A stretch of 64,000 bases of DNA from a virus. Under the pieces are notes generated by a model, which was given only the letters and a program-made list of their open reading frames with translations, was not told the DNA's origin and searched no databases. Below, one piece after another: positions 49,859-59,167 of this stretch (positions within the stretch are counted from its first letter, which is position 1; every line of letters starts with the position of its first letter). The DNA lies in IMG/VR virus record IMGVR_UViG_3300028840_002691, positions 41,095 through 105,094 of that record; one strand, given 5' to 3'. Both the position numbers and the translations under genes were made by a program.

Positions 49859-50797
49859 ATGAGGAAGAAATATGTATTGTTAAAGGATGATACCAAAACT
49901 GTTTTTGGAAAGACGTTGTTTAGGATTAAGGAGTATGTTTCATTCGGGGATGTTGGGGAAGGTGATATTGGTGGCTATGTAGAGAAAGAAGAAAATTTGA
50001 GTCATTATGGAGATGCTTGGGTGTCTGGAGATGCTCAGGTGTATGGAAATGCTCGGGTGTATGGAAATGCTCAGGTGTCTGGAGATGCTCAGGTGTATGG
50101 AAATGCTCAGGTGTCTGGAGATGCTCAGGTGTATGGAGATGCTCAGGTGTATGGAGATGCTCAGGTGTCTGGAGATGCTTGGGTGTCTGGAGATGCTCAG
50201 GTGTCTGGAGATGCTCAGGTGTATGGAGATGCTTGGGTGTATGGAAATGCTCGGGTGTATGGAGATGCTCAGGTGTCTGGAGATGCTCGGGTGTCTGGAG
50301 ATGCTCAGGTGTCTGGAGATGCTCAGGTGTCTGGAGATGCTCAGGTGTATGGAGATGCTTGGGTGTATGGAAATGCTCAGGTGTCTGGAGATGCTCAGGT
50401 GTATGGAGATGCTCAGGTGTCTGGAGATGCTCGGGTGTATGGAAATGCTCAGGTGTCTGGAGATGCTTGGGTGTATGGAGATGCTTGGGTGTATGGAGAT
50501 GCTCGGGTGTATGGAAATGCTCGGGTGTATGGAAATGCTCGGGTGTCTGGAGATGCTTGGGTGTATGGAGATGCTCGGGTGGAAGGAGTAGTTTTGAATC
50601 TCCTTGGTGCTTGTTGCTTTTCTGTGACTGCTTATGGAAAGTATTTGCAGATAGGATGCAAACTGCATACGTTCGCCGAATGGAAAAGATTATTGAAAAC
50701 AAACGGCTTAAAAGAAAAGTTTGATCTGTCAGAAAAGGAGTTTCAGGCTTGCGTTGCTGCTGGAGAATACTGTGAAAAGGTGCTGAAAGCGAGGTGA
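49859..50797 (+). CDS. Left-handed beta-helix hexapeptide repeat protein
   Basis: LFRI......G..GG.VE...NL N-terminus, 32 G[DN]A[QRW]V[SY] repeats, IGC......W C-terminus. Confidence 0.9.
   Translation: MRKKYVLLKDDTKTVFGKTLFRIKEYVSFGDVGEGDIGGYVEKEENLSHYGDAWVSGDAQVYGNARVYGNAQVSGDAQVYGNAQVSGDAQVYGDAQVYGDAQVSGDAWVSGDAQVSGDAQVYGDAWVYGNARVYGDAQVSGDARVSGDAQVSGDAQVSGDAQVYGDAWVYGNAQVSGDAQVYGDAQVSGDARVYGNAQVSGDAWVYGDAWVYGDARVYGNARVYGNARVSGDAWVYGDARVEGVVLNLLGACCFSVTAYGKYLQIGCKLHTFAEWKRLLKTNGLKEKFDLSEKEFQACVAAGEYCEKVLKAR
50009..50584 (+). repeat. 18-bp coding tandem repeat, 32 units (GGA RAT GCT YRG GTG TMT)
   Basis: Directly visible. Confidence 0.97.
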
Positions 50798-50900
50798 TCT
50801 AGTATGTCAATAAGTCCGTTTTGGAGCTGGATGCTGATTGCGGCCATAGTGTGTGTGGCTGCGGTGGTTACAGAATGGGTAAAGTGAGGTGATCTGAATC

Positions 50901-51206
50901 ATGTCTAAAAAGAGGAAGAAGCCGGTAAGACATCCAGAGGCACTCTCAACAGAGGAGGTGGTAAGGAAGGTCGAGAACTACGTAGACCCAGCCGAGGCCA
51001 GAAGCATGGGGGGCTACGTCTGGTGCAAGAAGAACGGGGAAAGGAGGCCGAGGCAGATACCAGTTTGTTCTTGCTTGGGCAGGGAGGCTAACGGTTGCAA
51101 GTACCTGAACAGGGCCAGCGCCAGTCCGTGCCGACCGCTGCTGGAGTTGATGTACTCCAGGGGCAGGGCCTGCAGGCTGCGGGCTAAGGTCTGGTGTGTG
51201 TTCTGA
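50901..51206 (+). CDS. Cys-rich hypothetical protein
   Basis: GAGGTGATC RBS. Confidence 0.55.
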   Translation: MSKKRKKPVRHPEALSTEEVVRKVENYVDPAEARSMGGYVWCKKNGERRPRQIPVCSCLGREANGCKYLNRASASPCRPLLELMYSRGRACRLRAKVWCVF

Positions 51207-51222
51207 GAGGGGGTGGTGAGCT

Positions 51223-52203
51223 TTGGTAGGGCAGCTGCTACCTTTGGAATCTGATTCTAGTTTGCTTGGAACTGCTGATGTGATGCAGATGATTCCAAGG
51301 CGAACGACGGTTGATGACATTAGGGAAGAGTATCGAGATGAGGAGTTCTACTTCGACTTCGAGAGGAAGCTCAGCTATGGGGCGTGCTTCGTGGTGGAGC
51401 TTTTCATAGATCCGATAGAGGATGTTTTGTCTACTTTCCCTAATCTGGAATTAAAGTATGGTACCAATGGAAGTGGACTAACCCTTTTAGATGCCAAGAG
51501 ATTCTTGAGAAAATCCCTTGGCTGGAAACATGAAAAGATAGAAAAAACGGTTAGAGAGATAAAAATTTTTTTGAAATCCAGAAATCTATGGTATGCTAAT
51601 AATAAAAAGGAGGTAACACAAATGGCTAAGAGAAAGAGTACGGCAAAGGCAACGAAGAAAAAGGCAGTGGCTAAGAAGGCTGTAGCACCGAAGATCCCAG
51701 AGGGTTTGGAAAGAGTAGCCAAGGCACTTAATGTCAAGCTCACTGGGTCTGATGGGAATGAACATCGTGATCAACTTCTTGATGTCGTGTATAAGATGGA
51801 TGAGGATGAGTACGAGAAGCTACCTCAATATGTGCATGATTGGGCTACGGCTGCTGATGCGGTGAGGAAGTCGATGGACAAGGAAGCTGCTGATGCTGGG
51901 GAGAAGAAGGTTACCAAGGCTAAAGGCAAGAAGAAAAAGGCGGTTCAGAAGAAGAACATGAAGGAGGCCGCTGTATCTCCAAATGGCAATCCTTTCAAAC
52001 AGGGTTCTAAGTACGCTTTTGTTTTCGATTGTCTTTCTAAGAAGCCTCATACGATTGAGGATCTTTCGAAGATTCTAACAAAGAAATATGGTGAGAAAAC
52101 GGGAAAGAAAGGCAATGTCAGCGTGTATGTGAAAACGATTGGGACCAAGACTGGAAGACTTACTGGCGATTCGAAGGAAGGATTTCAGATTGCAGCATCT
52201 TAG
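51223..52203 (+). CDS. Hypothetical protein; internal start at 51622 gives a Lys/Ala-rich DNA-binding-like protein
   Basis: Internal promoter and AGGAGG before in-frame ATG 51622; MAKRKSTAKATKKKAVAKK; NPFKQGSK wHTH-like end. Confidence 0.7.
   Translation: MVGQLLPLESDSSLLGTADVMQMIPRRTTVDDIREEYRDEEFYFDFERKLSYGACFVVELFIDPIEDVLSTFPNLELKYGTNGSGLTLLDAKRFLRKSLGWKHEKIEKTVREIKIFLKSRNLWYANNKKEVTQMAKRKSTAKATKKKAVAKKAVAPKIPEGLERVAKALNVKLTGSDGNEHRDQLLDVVYKMDEDEYEKLPQYVHDWATAADAVRKSMDKEAADAGEKKVTKAKGKKKKAVQKKNMKEAAVSPNGNPFKQGSKYAFVFDCLSKKPHTIEDLSKILTKKYGEKTGKKGNVSVYVKTIGTKTGRLTGDSKEGFQIAAS
51569..51597 (+). promoter_or_regulatory. Putative promoter (TTTTGA-17-TATGCT, extended -10) inside an ORF
   Basis: Matches the 44279 and 61620 motif. 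Confidence 0.65.
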
Positions 52204-52225
52204 TCATCATCAACTATTATCATTT

Positions 52226-52272
52226 GCCCAGGTGTATCAACCCATTGCGGTGAGATATGCCTGGGCTTTTTT
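52226..52272 (+). terminator. Intrinsic terminator
   Basis: GCCCAGGTGTATC/GATATGCCTGGGC stem plus T6. Confidence 0.8.
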
Positions 52273-52283
52273 GTGGAGTTTTT

Positions 52284-52565
52284 ATGATTAGGACAGAAGA
52301 CCTGGCTAAGAAATTCTTTGAAGTAAGCAAGGAGTTACAGCAGCTTTTTGCTAAGAAAAACTTTGACTATGGCAATGATCAGATCAAAGCTTTTGGTGAC
52401 TTTGGTATTCTTGTTCGTTCTTATGATAAGATTCAGAGGTTGAAAAACATTTATCAAAAGAAGGAGCTATCAGTCCCTGAAGAGACGATTGACGACACGT
52501 GGAGGGATCTTGCTGTTTATGCTATTATGGCTGTCATGTATCGGAACGGGGAGTGGGAGAAGTAG
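52284..52565 (+). CDS. DUF1599 / nucleotide-modification-associated domain 1 protein
   Basis: KKNFDYG, R..DK..RL.N, E...DT..DLAVYAI. Confidence 0.85.
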   Translation: MIRTEDLAKKFFEVSKELQQLFAKKNFDYGNDQIKAFGDFGILVRSYDKIQRLKNIYQKKELSVPEETIDDTWRDLAVYAIMAVMYRNGEWEK

Positions 52566-53906
52566 ATGTGCGGGTTGAACTTCTGTACGATTGATCCTGA
52601 GACTTATATCCCTTTGATGAATGAAAAGATATCTTATAGGGGTATTCGTTCTAATTGGTATGTCTATGATGATCTTGGGTTTGGTCATGTTAGACTCCCA
52701 ATACAAGGCGTCGATGAAAAATACGATCAGCCGTTTGAGTATAAGAACTGGATCATTCTTTATGTTGGAGAGATATTCAACTATAAGAAGATAGACCCGA
52801 CTGCGAATAGTGATATTGAAGTATTGGCCAAGTCTTGGGATCTGTATGGTGAAGGATGCTTTCATCTGTTTGATGGTTTTTGGTCAGTTGTAGTTTATGA
52901 TAAACAGACAGGCGAGACTCATGTCTTTACAGATTTTCTTGCTAAGAAGCCGCTTTATATCCACAAGTACACGAGTTCTGTTTCTTCTGAGATAAAGTCC
53001 CTTTGTCCTTTTAATGGGTATAAGTATTGGCAGGACGAGTACTATTTTTCTTGTGTCAATAAATGGGGCTATTGCCTTAATGAGCATACTTTTATTTCTT
53101 CTGTTCGTAAGATTCCTCCTTGTACTCATCTTGTGATAAAGAACATGAAAGTGGTTTCCGAAAAGAGATACATGGGCATTTCTCCTAGAAAGATTCACCT
53201 AAGAGAAAAGATAGAAACTGCTGTCTATAATAGATTGGTTTCTGATATTCCTATCTCACTTGTATGTTCTGGTGGGTTGGATTCGTCTATTATTTATAAA
53301 TTGGTAGAGAAGAAGACGCATGATTTTACTATCTTTCATATTGATAACAAGGAGGGTGAATATCTTAACTATCTGAAGATTCCTGGTGATATTAATGTTG
53401 TGATGCTTTCGTTGGATCAGTTTGATTTGAATGAAGTGCTTTACTATAATGAGGGACCAGTTGATCTAGGTTCTGTGTTTCCTCAATATGAAATGGCCAG
53501 TGCTATTGCTGGTACCGGGTTGAGCGTCGCTCTTTCTGGTGATGGTGCTGATGAGTTGTTTGGTGGATATACTAGGATATCTGATTATGATTCTCAGTGG
53601 TCTGATGTATTTGAGGAGTTGGTTTATTATCATTTGCCGAGACTTGATAAGTTAATGATGGCTAAGACAATCGAACTGCGCTGTCCTTATCTTTCTGAAC
53701 CTGTGATTGCTGGGGCGCTTTCACTTCCTTATAAAGACAGGATGAAAAAGAAAATCTTGAAAGAAATGTTTTCTGATATTCTTCCAAAACAGATTATTGA
53801 AAGGGACAAGGTAGCTTTGAAGAGTAAAATGGTTTTGGAAGGTGGGTTGGAATGGCGATATTATCTTGTTAACAAATTCAGAGCGGAGGTATTTAATGAA
53901 TATTGA
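52566..53906 (+). CDS. Asparagine synthetase B-like glutamine amidotransferase
   Basis: N-terminal MCG, RG, GHVRL.I, GEIFN, SGGLDSS, SGDGADELFGGY, ELRCPYL. Confidence 0.92.
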   Translation: MCGLNFCTIDPETYIPLMNEKISYRGIRSNWYVYDDLGFGHVRLPIQGVDEKYDQPFEYKNWIILYVGEIFNYKKIDPTANSDIEVLAKSWDLYGEGCFHLFDGFWSVVVYDKQTGETHVFTDFLAKKPLYIHKYTSSVSSEIKSLCPFNGYKYWQDEYYFSCVNKWGYCLNEHTFISSVRKIPPCTHLVIKNMKVVSEKRYMGISPRKIHLREKIETAVYNRLVSDIPISLVCSGGLDSSIIYKLVEKKTHDFTIFHIDNKEGEYLNYLKIPGDINVVMLSLDQFDLNEVLYYNEGPVDLGSVFPQYEMASAIAGTGLSVALSGDGADELFGGYTRISDYDSQWSDVFEELVYYHLPRLDKLMMAKTIELRCPYLSEPVIAGALSLPYKDRMKKKILKEMFSDILPKQIIERDKVALKSKMVLEGGLEWRYYLVNKFRAEVFNEY

Positions 53907-54318
53907 TGACGCTGGGAGTGTTGTGGTACCGGAGCATGAAGATGATATGCTTAGATTGGTTTTTGCTAGACAGAGGGAGCTGATGGAGAAGTATCATCCG
54001 ATTGAGAAAGAAAAGGGATTATTGCAGGATGAAAATATTCCTGTGAATATTGATTCTCATCTTGGACAAGCTAGGTTAAAAGACTTTGCCTGGCGTGTTA
54101 CTGAAGAGATCGGTGAGGCGATGAATTGTTTGAAAAATAAACCTTGGAAACAGACTCAGATGCAGACAGATGTCCATCATTATTTAGAAGAGATTGTTGA
54201 TGCCTTTCATTTCTTTATAGAACTTTGTATTCTTTCGGGGATGTCTGCTGAAGATCTTTTCACTTTTTACTTCAAGAAGAGTGAGGTCAATAAGTTTAGA
54301 CAGCGGTCAAACTACTGA
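53896..54318 (+). CDS. All-alpha (dimeric dUTPase/MazG-like) dNTP pyrophosphatase
   Basis: EEIGEA, KPWK, EEIVDAFHF, K...N..RQ...Y. Confidence 0.85.
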   Translation: MNIDDAGSVVVPEHEDDMLRLVFARQRELMEKYHPIEKEKGLLQDENIPVNIDSHLGQARLKDFAWRVTEEIGEAMNCLKNKPWKQTQMQTDVHHYLEEIVDAFHFFIELCILSGMSAEDLFTFYFKKSEVNKFRQRSNY

Positions 54319-54833
54319 TGCGATCACTGAAACTTATAGAAAGATGTGTTCATAATTGCAGGAGGTGTGGTGATACCTTTGGCAACTCTGCCTGTGGTTT
54401 TGGCAAAGATGATAAGCCTTATGTCTTTTTTATAGGGACGAATCCGTGGGTTAAAGATCATGCTTTTGAGGATGGCAAGGGAATTTCTATTTTGAAAAGA
54501 AATCTGGCTGAATGGAAGTTTGATGATTTTTACTTTTGTAATATAGTAAAATGCCAAATGCCTTGGAATGGGAACCCGAGACAAGAACAGATCGATAACT
54601 GTAGGTCCTATTTGCTTGAACAAATAGAGGTTGTTAGACCAGGAATGCTGGTGTTTTTTGGTAAACAGGTTTCTGAATCGTTTGGTCTTCGATTTCTTCC
54701 TTGGACTTTTGAGAATTTTGGTGAACGCGATGTCCTTATCGTCCCGCACTTTTCATCTATTTTATATGGTGGGACAATTGAGGATATCAAAAGATACTAT
54801 AGAAGATTGAAGGAGGATTTGGATATTGACTAA
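54318..54833 (+). CDS. Family-4-like uracil-DNA glycosylase fold protein with divergent motifs
   Basis: CRRC, FIGTNP, NIVKC, P....I.NC..YL.EQI....P, PHFS. Confidence 0.8.
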   Translation: MRSLKLIERCVHNCRRCGDTFGNSACGFGKDDKPYVFFIGTNPWVKDHAFEDGKGISILKRNLAEWKFDDFYFCNIVKCQMPWNGNPRQEQIDNCRSYLLEQIEVVRPGMLVFFGKQVSESFGLRFLPWTFENFGERDVLIVPHFSSILYGGTIEDIKRYYRRLKEDLDID

Positions 54834-56068
54834 ACCCAGGGCACTTGGTGTTACATGTGGGATTGGAAGTATGTTGATTGGTGCCAGACAAGCTGGGTTT
54901 GATATTGTTGGCAATATTGAGTGGAGAAAATACTACCATACTGGAACGTTTGAATATAATTTCCCTGGTGCTTTTATGGTAAAGGAGCTGTCTGCTCTAT
55001 CGCCAAGGATAATTCGCTCTTTAAGGGGGATTGACTTGGTGATGGGGCATCCCTGACTGTGGTAACTATAGTATTCTTTTATCGAGTGGGGGGCATAACA
55101 AAAAGGAACTGATGGAGAAGAGAAAACATCCCTCGGATATTCCTTTGTTTATCAAACTTGTTTCTATTCTTAAACCCAGATTTTTTGTTATGGATAATCT
55201 TCCAGGAGCCATCTGTGCTGTTGGGCCAGATTTTTGGTCTTCTAATCTTTCTTCTTATGATATTTTTTTTGAGTGGGTTAGCAATTATCATTATGGTAAC
55301 TTACAGATTAGGAGAAACAGGCTGTTTATTATTGGTTGTCTTAGGGGCGAAAGTTTTACTTTTGTTCCTGGGGAGAAAGAATTATTCTTGTCTATGAAAG
55401 AGATCTTATCAGACCTTCTACCAGTTTCTTCGTATGGTAGATTTCCGAATCATAGCAAGTTAGACATGAAAGAGAGAGTTGGTGTTGGAAAGAGGATGAA
55501 TTTTTCTGGTTGTTATGATTATCGTTCTTTTGTGGGTTTTGATACGCTATTGGAAAGTGGTGAATGGTCTGATGTCCGAAGATATTTTTCTGCTGTCCCA
55601 GAAGGACATGTGATGACTTATATAAATAAGGAGGGACGGGTAGCAAGAAGAGCTGGTACTAGTAAACCATATTGGAGTGGTCATTCTCATGTTATTGATG
55701 GATCAAGTCCCAGTATACATCCAAAAAAGAATCTTCCTTTTACGATAAGAGAAAGGGCTCGTATTCAGGGCTGTCCGGATGATTTTGTTTTTATCGGTGA
55801 GAAGCTTAATAGTAAGGGAGAATGGGGTTTTTATAAGAATAGTAATCTAATTAAGCAAACCGGTAAGTTTATGCCTGTCCAATTTTGCAGGTATATCTCT
55901 GAGCAGATTATGGCTTATATGAAGGGTAGAAAATTCAAGTGTTCTGGAAGGCGGTTGATAAAAGAGAATCAATCTATCAGCGAGGCTAAGAAATGGTATT
56001 GTGAAAACGTTGGTTACTCTAATCAAAAACTAGCTTGTAAGTATTGCTGGCTAGATTGTGGGAGGTGA
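54826..56068 (+). CDS. Divergent C5-cytosine methyltransferase-like protein joined by a +1 frameshift at CCC-TGA (55051-55056)
   Basis: Motif I TCGIGS and AGF...IE in ORF 54826-55056; +1 frame gives GHP-DCGNYS and continues into ORF 55112-56068 (MDNL, QIRRNRLFIIG, RERARIQG.PDDF, QTGK.MPV). Confidence 0.85.
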
Positions 56069-56073
56069 GCTAA

Positions 56074-56481
56074 ATGAAAGTAGAGGTTTTGTTCAATGGT
56101 ACTAAGATTACTTATGTTAGAATTGGTGATTTCTTCTATGATCTTCTTTTCTTGCTAGATGATCTTTCACCGTTGGATGCTCTTAGGAGTAACTTTAATT
56201 CTATTTTTGATCTTTTGTCTGAGTTTGGTTCGGTTGCTAATTCTTCTTCTATTGAATCTGCTGATAAAAGATCGATTTCTTCTATGTTGCATCAGGTTAA
56301 GAATCTTCGGGATCTTTTGAAGAAGGATCATGATCGTGAGTATTTAGTTAAGTTGAAATATGATTTGGCTTTGAAGTTGAAAGGGTTAGGATATCTGCCG
56401 GGTTTTAGTACCTGGACACCTATTGAGAAAGGTGCTTGCTGGTTCAATCCAGAAAGGAGAAGAATAACGAATGAGAATTGA
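56074..56481 (+). CDS. Hypothetical protein
   Basis: GGAGGTG RBS; in operon. Confidence 0.65.
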   Translation: MKVEVLFNGTKITYVRIGDFFYDLLFLLDDLSPLDALRSNFNSIFDLLSEFGSVANSSSIESADKRSISSMLHQVKNLRDLLKKDHDREYLVKLKYDLALKLKGLGYLPGFSTWTPIEKGACWFNPERRRITNEN

Positions 56482-57349
56482 GGATGCTAAATTTGAAATA
56501 GTTAACAAAAAATCTGGGAAAAGGTTGCCCAGAGACTATCATTGTTCTTGTTCTTTTTGCAAGGGTGGATATTCTGGAATGTTGATAAGGAGTGATGGTA
56601 GTAAATATAGCCGTCGTGTTCGTTCTTACTATTATGATGAAGGGGAGAGAGTTCATCCAGCAAAAACTCCTCTTCATTTGGCTCGCTATTGTGTACAAAC
56701 TTATACTGAATCGGGGGATTGGGTTTTTGATCCGACTATTGGTGCGGGAACTACTGCAGTAGAAGCTTTAAATTTTGATAGGAATGTTGTTGGGATAGAA
56801 CTTTGTTATTATGATAATGTTTTATTGAATATAAGAAAAAATTGTCGTGATGGTAAAAGATATAAAATCTTTCATGGCGATGCTATCGATTGTGGTAAAT
56901 TTCTAAAGAAAGCGGGGAGAAAGTTTAGATTGATTATTAACAATCCACCTTATTCTGCTGATACTATTGTTCAATGGGGATTTACTGGTAGTGGTAAGGA
57001 GGTAAGATATGAAACAGGTGAATCTGGAAATCTTGCCTTTAAAAGAGAGAATGATGAGTATTATAAATTTATTAGGGATATCTATCAAGAAGCCTGTAAG
57101 CATTTACTTTTTGGGGGGTATTTTGTAGTTGGTGTTAAGGATATGATGAGACAGAAGAAGCCCTATTTACTTCATTTCTATCTTGGAAAAATACTGGAAG
57201 AGTTTTTATCGTTTAAAGAAATGATTCTTCTTCCTCATTATCCCCCGACGTTGTTTATGAATACTTATAGAAAAAGGTATCCAGAGGTTGAGAAGATACC
57301 TTTATATCAAACTATTTTGGTTTTTAGAAAGGAGAAGAATAGCAAATGA
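56471..57349 (+). CDS. N4-C/N6-A amino-methyltransferase
   Basis: HPAKTP, DPTIGAGTT, NPPY. Confidence 0.88.
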   Translation: MRIEDAKFEIVNKKSGKRLPRDYHCSCSFCKGGYSGMLIRSDGSKYSRRVRSYYYDEGERVHPAKTPLHLARYCVQTYTESGDWVFDPTIGAGTTAVEALNFDRNVVGIELCYYDNVLLNIRKNCRDGKRYKIFHGDAIDCGKFLKKAGRKFRLIINNPPYSADTIVQWGFTGSGKEVRYETGESGNLAFKRENDEYYKFIRDIYQEACKHLLFGGYFVVGVKDMMRQKKPYLLHFYLGKILEEFLSFKEMILLPHYPPTLFMNTYRKRYPEVEKIPLYQTILVFRKEKNSK

Positions 57350-58047
57350 GGATTTATAATGATCCTGTAGAGATGGTCAAGGAGGTTGAAAGAGATCTTT
57401 TTGAAATGGGTCTTCGTGTTGATTGTCATACTGTACAGGACAAGAATGTGGAAGGCGACTCGGATTATCAGAACCTTGAACTGTTTGGTTATACTTATCG
57501 ATTGACTTCTTTTACTTCTCAAAAACTTTCTGAGATGATTGCTTATATGAAAGGGAATGAAGAGTGGGCAAAACATGAATTAGTTGACCGTTTGTCGCCG
57601 GAGTATATCAATCCAGGTAAAGCATATAAGAAGTGGGAAAAGGTTTGGAAACCATTTTTAAGAGATGGGACTTTTTCTTATACTTATAACCAAAGGATTA
57701 GGGATCAACTTCCCTGTGTAATTCAAGAACTGAAAAAGAGGCCAAATAGCAGGCAGGCAATTATTACGGTTTATGACAAACATCTTGACATGAATAATTG
57801 GGGTGGGCTTGATCGTGTATGCTGTTCTCTTTACTATCAACTGTTCTATCGATCTGGTAAATTGAATATGATCTATTCTATGAGAAGTTGTGATTTTCTT
57901 ACTCACTTTGTTCATGATGTTTATTTTGCTATTGGTATTCTTAGATATGTGGCTAAGGAGTTGGACTGGGATGTTGGTTTCTTTATTCATTTTCTTGGCT
58001 CATTGCATGCGTTTAGGAAGGATATGGAAGGGAGGGGGATATTTTAA
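57346..58047 (+). CDS. Thymidylate-synthase-family enzyme, dCMP-specific type (hydroxymethylase/methylase-like)
   Basis: SRQA, catalytic C in VCCSLYYQ, MRSCD...HD, GSLH. Confidence 0.88.
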   Translation: MRIYNDPVEMVKEVERDLFEMGLRVDCHTVQDKNVEGDSDYQNLELFGYTYRLTSFTSQKLSEMIAYMKGNEEWAKHELVDRLSPEYINPGKAYKKWEKVWKPFLRDGTFSYTYNQRIRDQLPCVIQELKKRPNSRQAIITVYDKHLDMNNWGGLDRVCCSLYYQLFYRSGKLNMIYSMRSCDFLTHFVHDVYFAIGILRYVAKELDWDVGFFIHFLGSLHAFRKDMEGRGIF

Positions 58048-58072
58048 TCTTATATCTAATTATCCAAAATAG

Positions 58073-58717
58073 ATGAAGAGGAGGCGAGATTTTATGGGAA
58101 ATAGAGAACATTGTCGGTTTGAATTTATCTCTAAAAGTGAGGAGAGAAAGGGGAATAAGAGTAAAAATAAACTGTGGGGTTTTATTTATGCTGTTTGTAT
58201 TTGTAATAAGGGTAGTCGGGTTTTGGAAATTAAGATCGGTAGGACGATTAAGGAGTTGTATCATTATATCTCTTCTAACTATGGAGGTTCTGTTTCTTTA
58301 ATCTATTATCTAATGATTCCTGTTGGTAATGTTGAGATGTGTGAGAAGTGGATAATAAATAGTGAATATATGAAGGAATATCCTGGTTCTACTAATGAAC
58401 GTTTTAATTTATCTGTTATGTGTATTTTACCCCAGATATTTTCTCAGGCTTTTACTTTATTTGGTTGTACAAATGGGATTGACAGAAGTTCTTATTCTGG
58501 GGATCGTTGGGGAAAACAGGGGTTACCGACTCATTCTGAGATTGTGAGTTATATCGTATCTAAGACGGGGGAGTGGCTTACTATTAAGGGTGTTTGTTCT
58601 TTTTTTGGTATTATTAGAAAGAAGAATAAAGATCATGCGTCTAGATATAATACCGTTTCTAGACGTCTTTTGGATATTTGTGGTAAAAACGTTGATGGTA
58701 AATATCTAGTTCCTTAG
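58073..58717 (+). CDS. Hypothetical protein, weak T5orf172/GIY-YIG-like features
   Basis: GFIY...KIGRT...E.....E.F; AT-rich; start uncertain. Confidence 0.4.
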   Translation: MKRRRDFMGNREHCRFEFISKSEERKGNKSKNKLWGFIYAVCICNKGSRVLEIKIGRTIKELYHYISSNYGGSVSLIYYLMIPVGNVEMCEKWIINSEYMKEYPGSTNERFNLSVMCILPQIFSQAFTLFGCTNGIDRSSYSGDRWGKQGLPTHSEIVSYIVSKTGEWLTIKGVCSFFGIIRKKNKDHASRYNTVSRRLLDICGKNVDGKYLVP

Positions 58718-58720
58718 AAG

Positions 58721-59167
58721 ATGATAAATAGAGTATCTCTCGATAAAATCTTTATGGAGACAGCAAAACTATTTGCTGAAAGATCTACGTGCCTTCGGCC
58801 TAAAGAGATGAAGGGTAAGGTCGGTGCCGTAATCGTTCAGGATAATAGAATTGTCTCTACCGGATATACTGGTTCTGCTTCTGGTGATTCCCATTGTATT
58901 GATGTTGGTTGTGAGATTGATTCTAATACCGGAGGTTGTATAAGAACATTGCATTCAGAGACCAATGCTATAGCTTTTGCTGCTAGGAGTGGTATCAAGT
59001 TAGAGAATGCTGAGATGTTTGTTACTTTAAGTCCGTGTCTGGACTGTGCTAAGTTACTCGTTGCTTGTGGATTCAAAAGGGTTGTTTACTTGATAGAGTA
59101 CAGGGATGAAAGAGGAATCAAATATCTGAAAGATCATGGTGTGATTTGTGAGCGATATAGAGACTGA
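58721..59167 (+). CDS. dCMP deaminase
   Basis: RSTC, VGAVIV, HSE.NA, LSPCLDC. Confidence 0.92.
   Translation: MINRVSLDKIFMETAKLFAERSTCLRPKEMKGKVGAVIVQDNRIVSTGYTGSASGDSHCIDVGCEIDSNTGGCIRTLHSETNAIAFAARSGIKLENAEMFVTLSPCLDCAKLLVACGFKRVVYLIEYRDERGIKYLKDHGVICERYRD

Noticed and set aside
50009-50584. Possible CRISPR array or several overlapping repeat proteins in other frames
   Set aside because: Units are contiguous with no unique spacers. Only the 49859 frame has sensible flanking domains, so the other frames are shadows of the repeat.
55054-55056. Selenocysteine or readthrough at the MTase UGA
   Set aside because: The zero frame hits TAA three codons later (CTG TGG TAA); only the +1 frame continues the protein.
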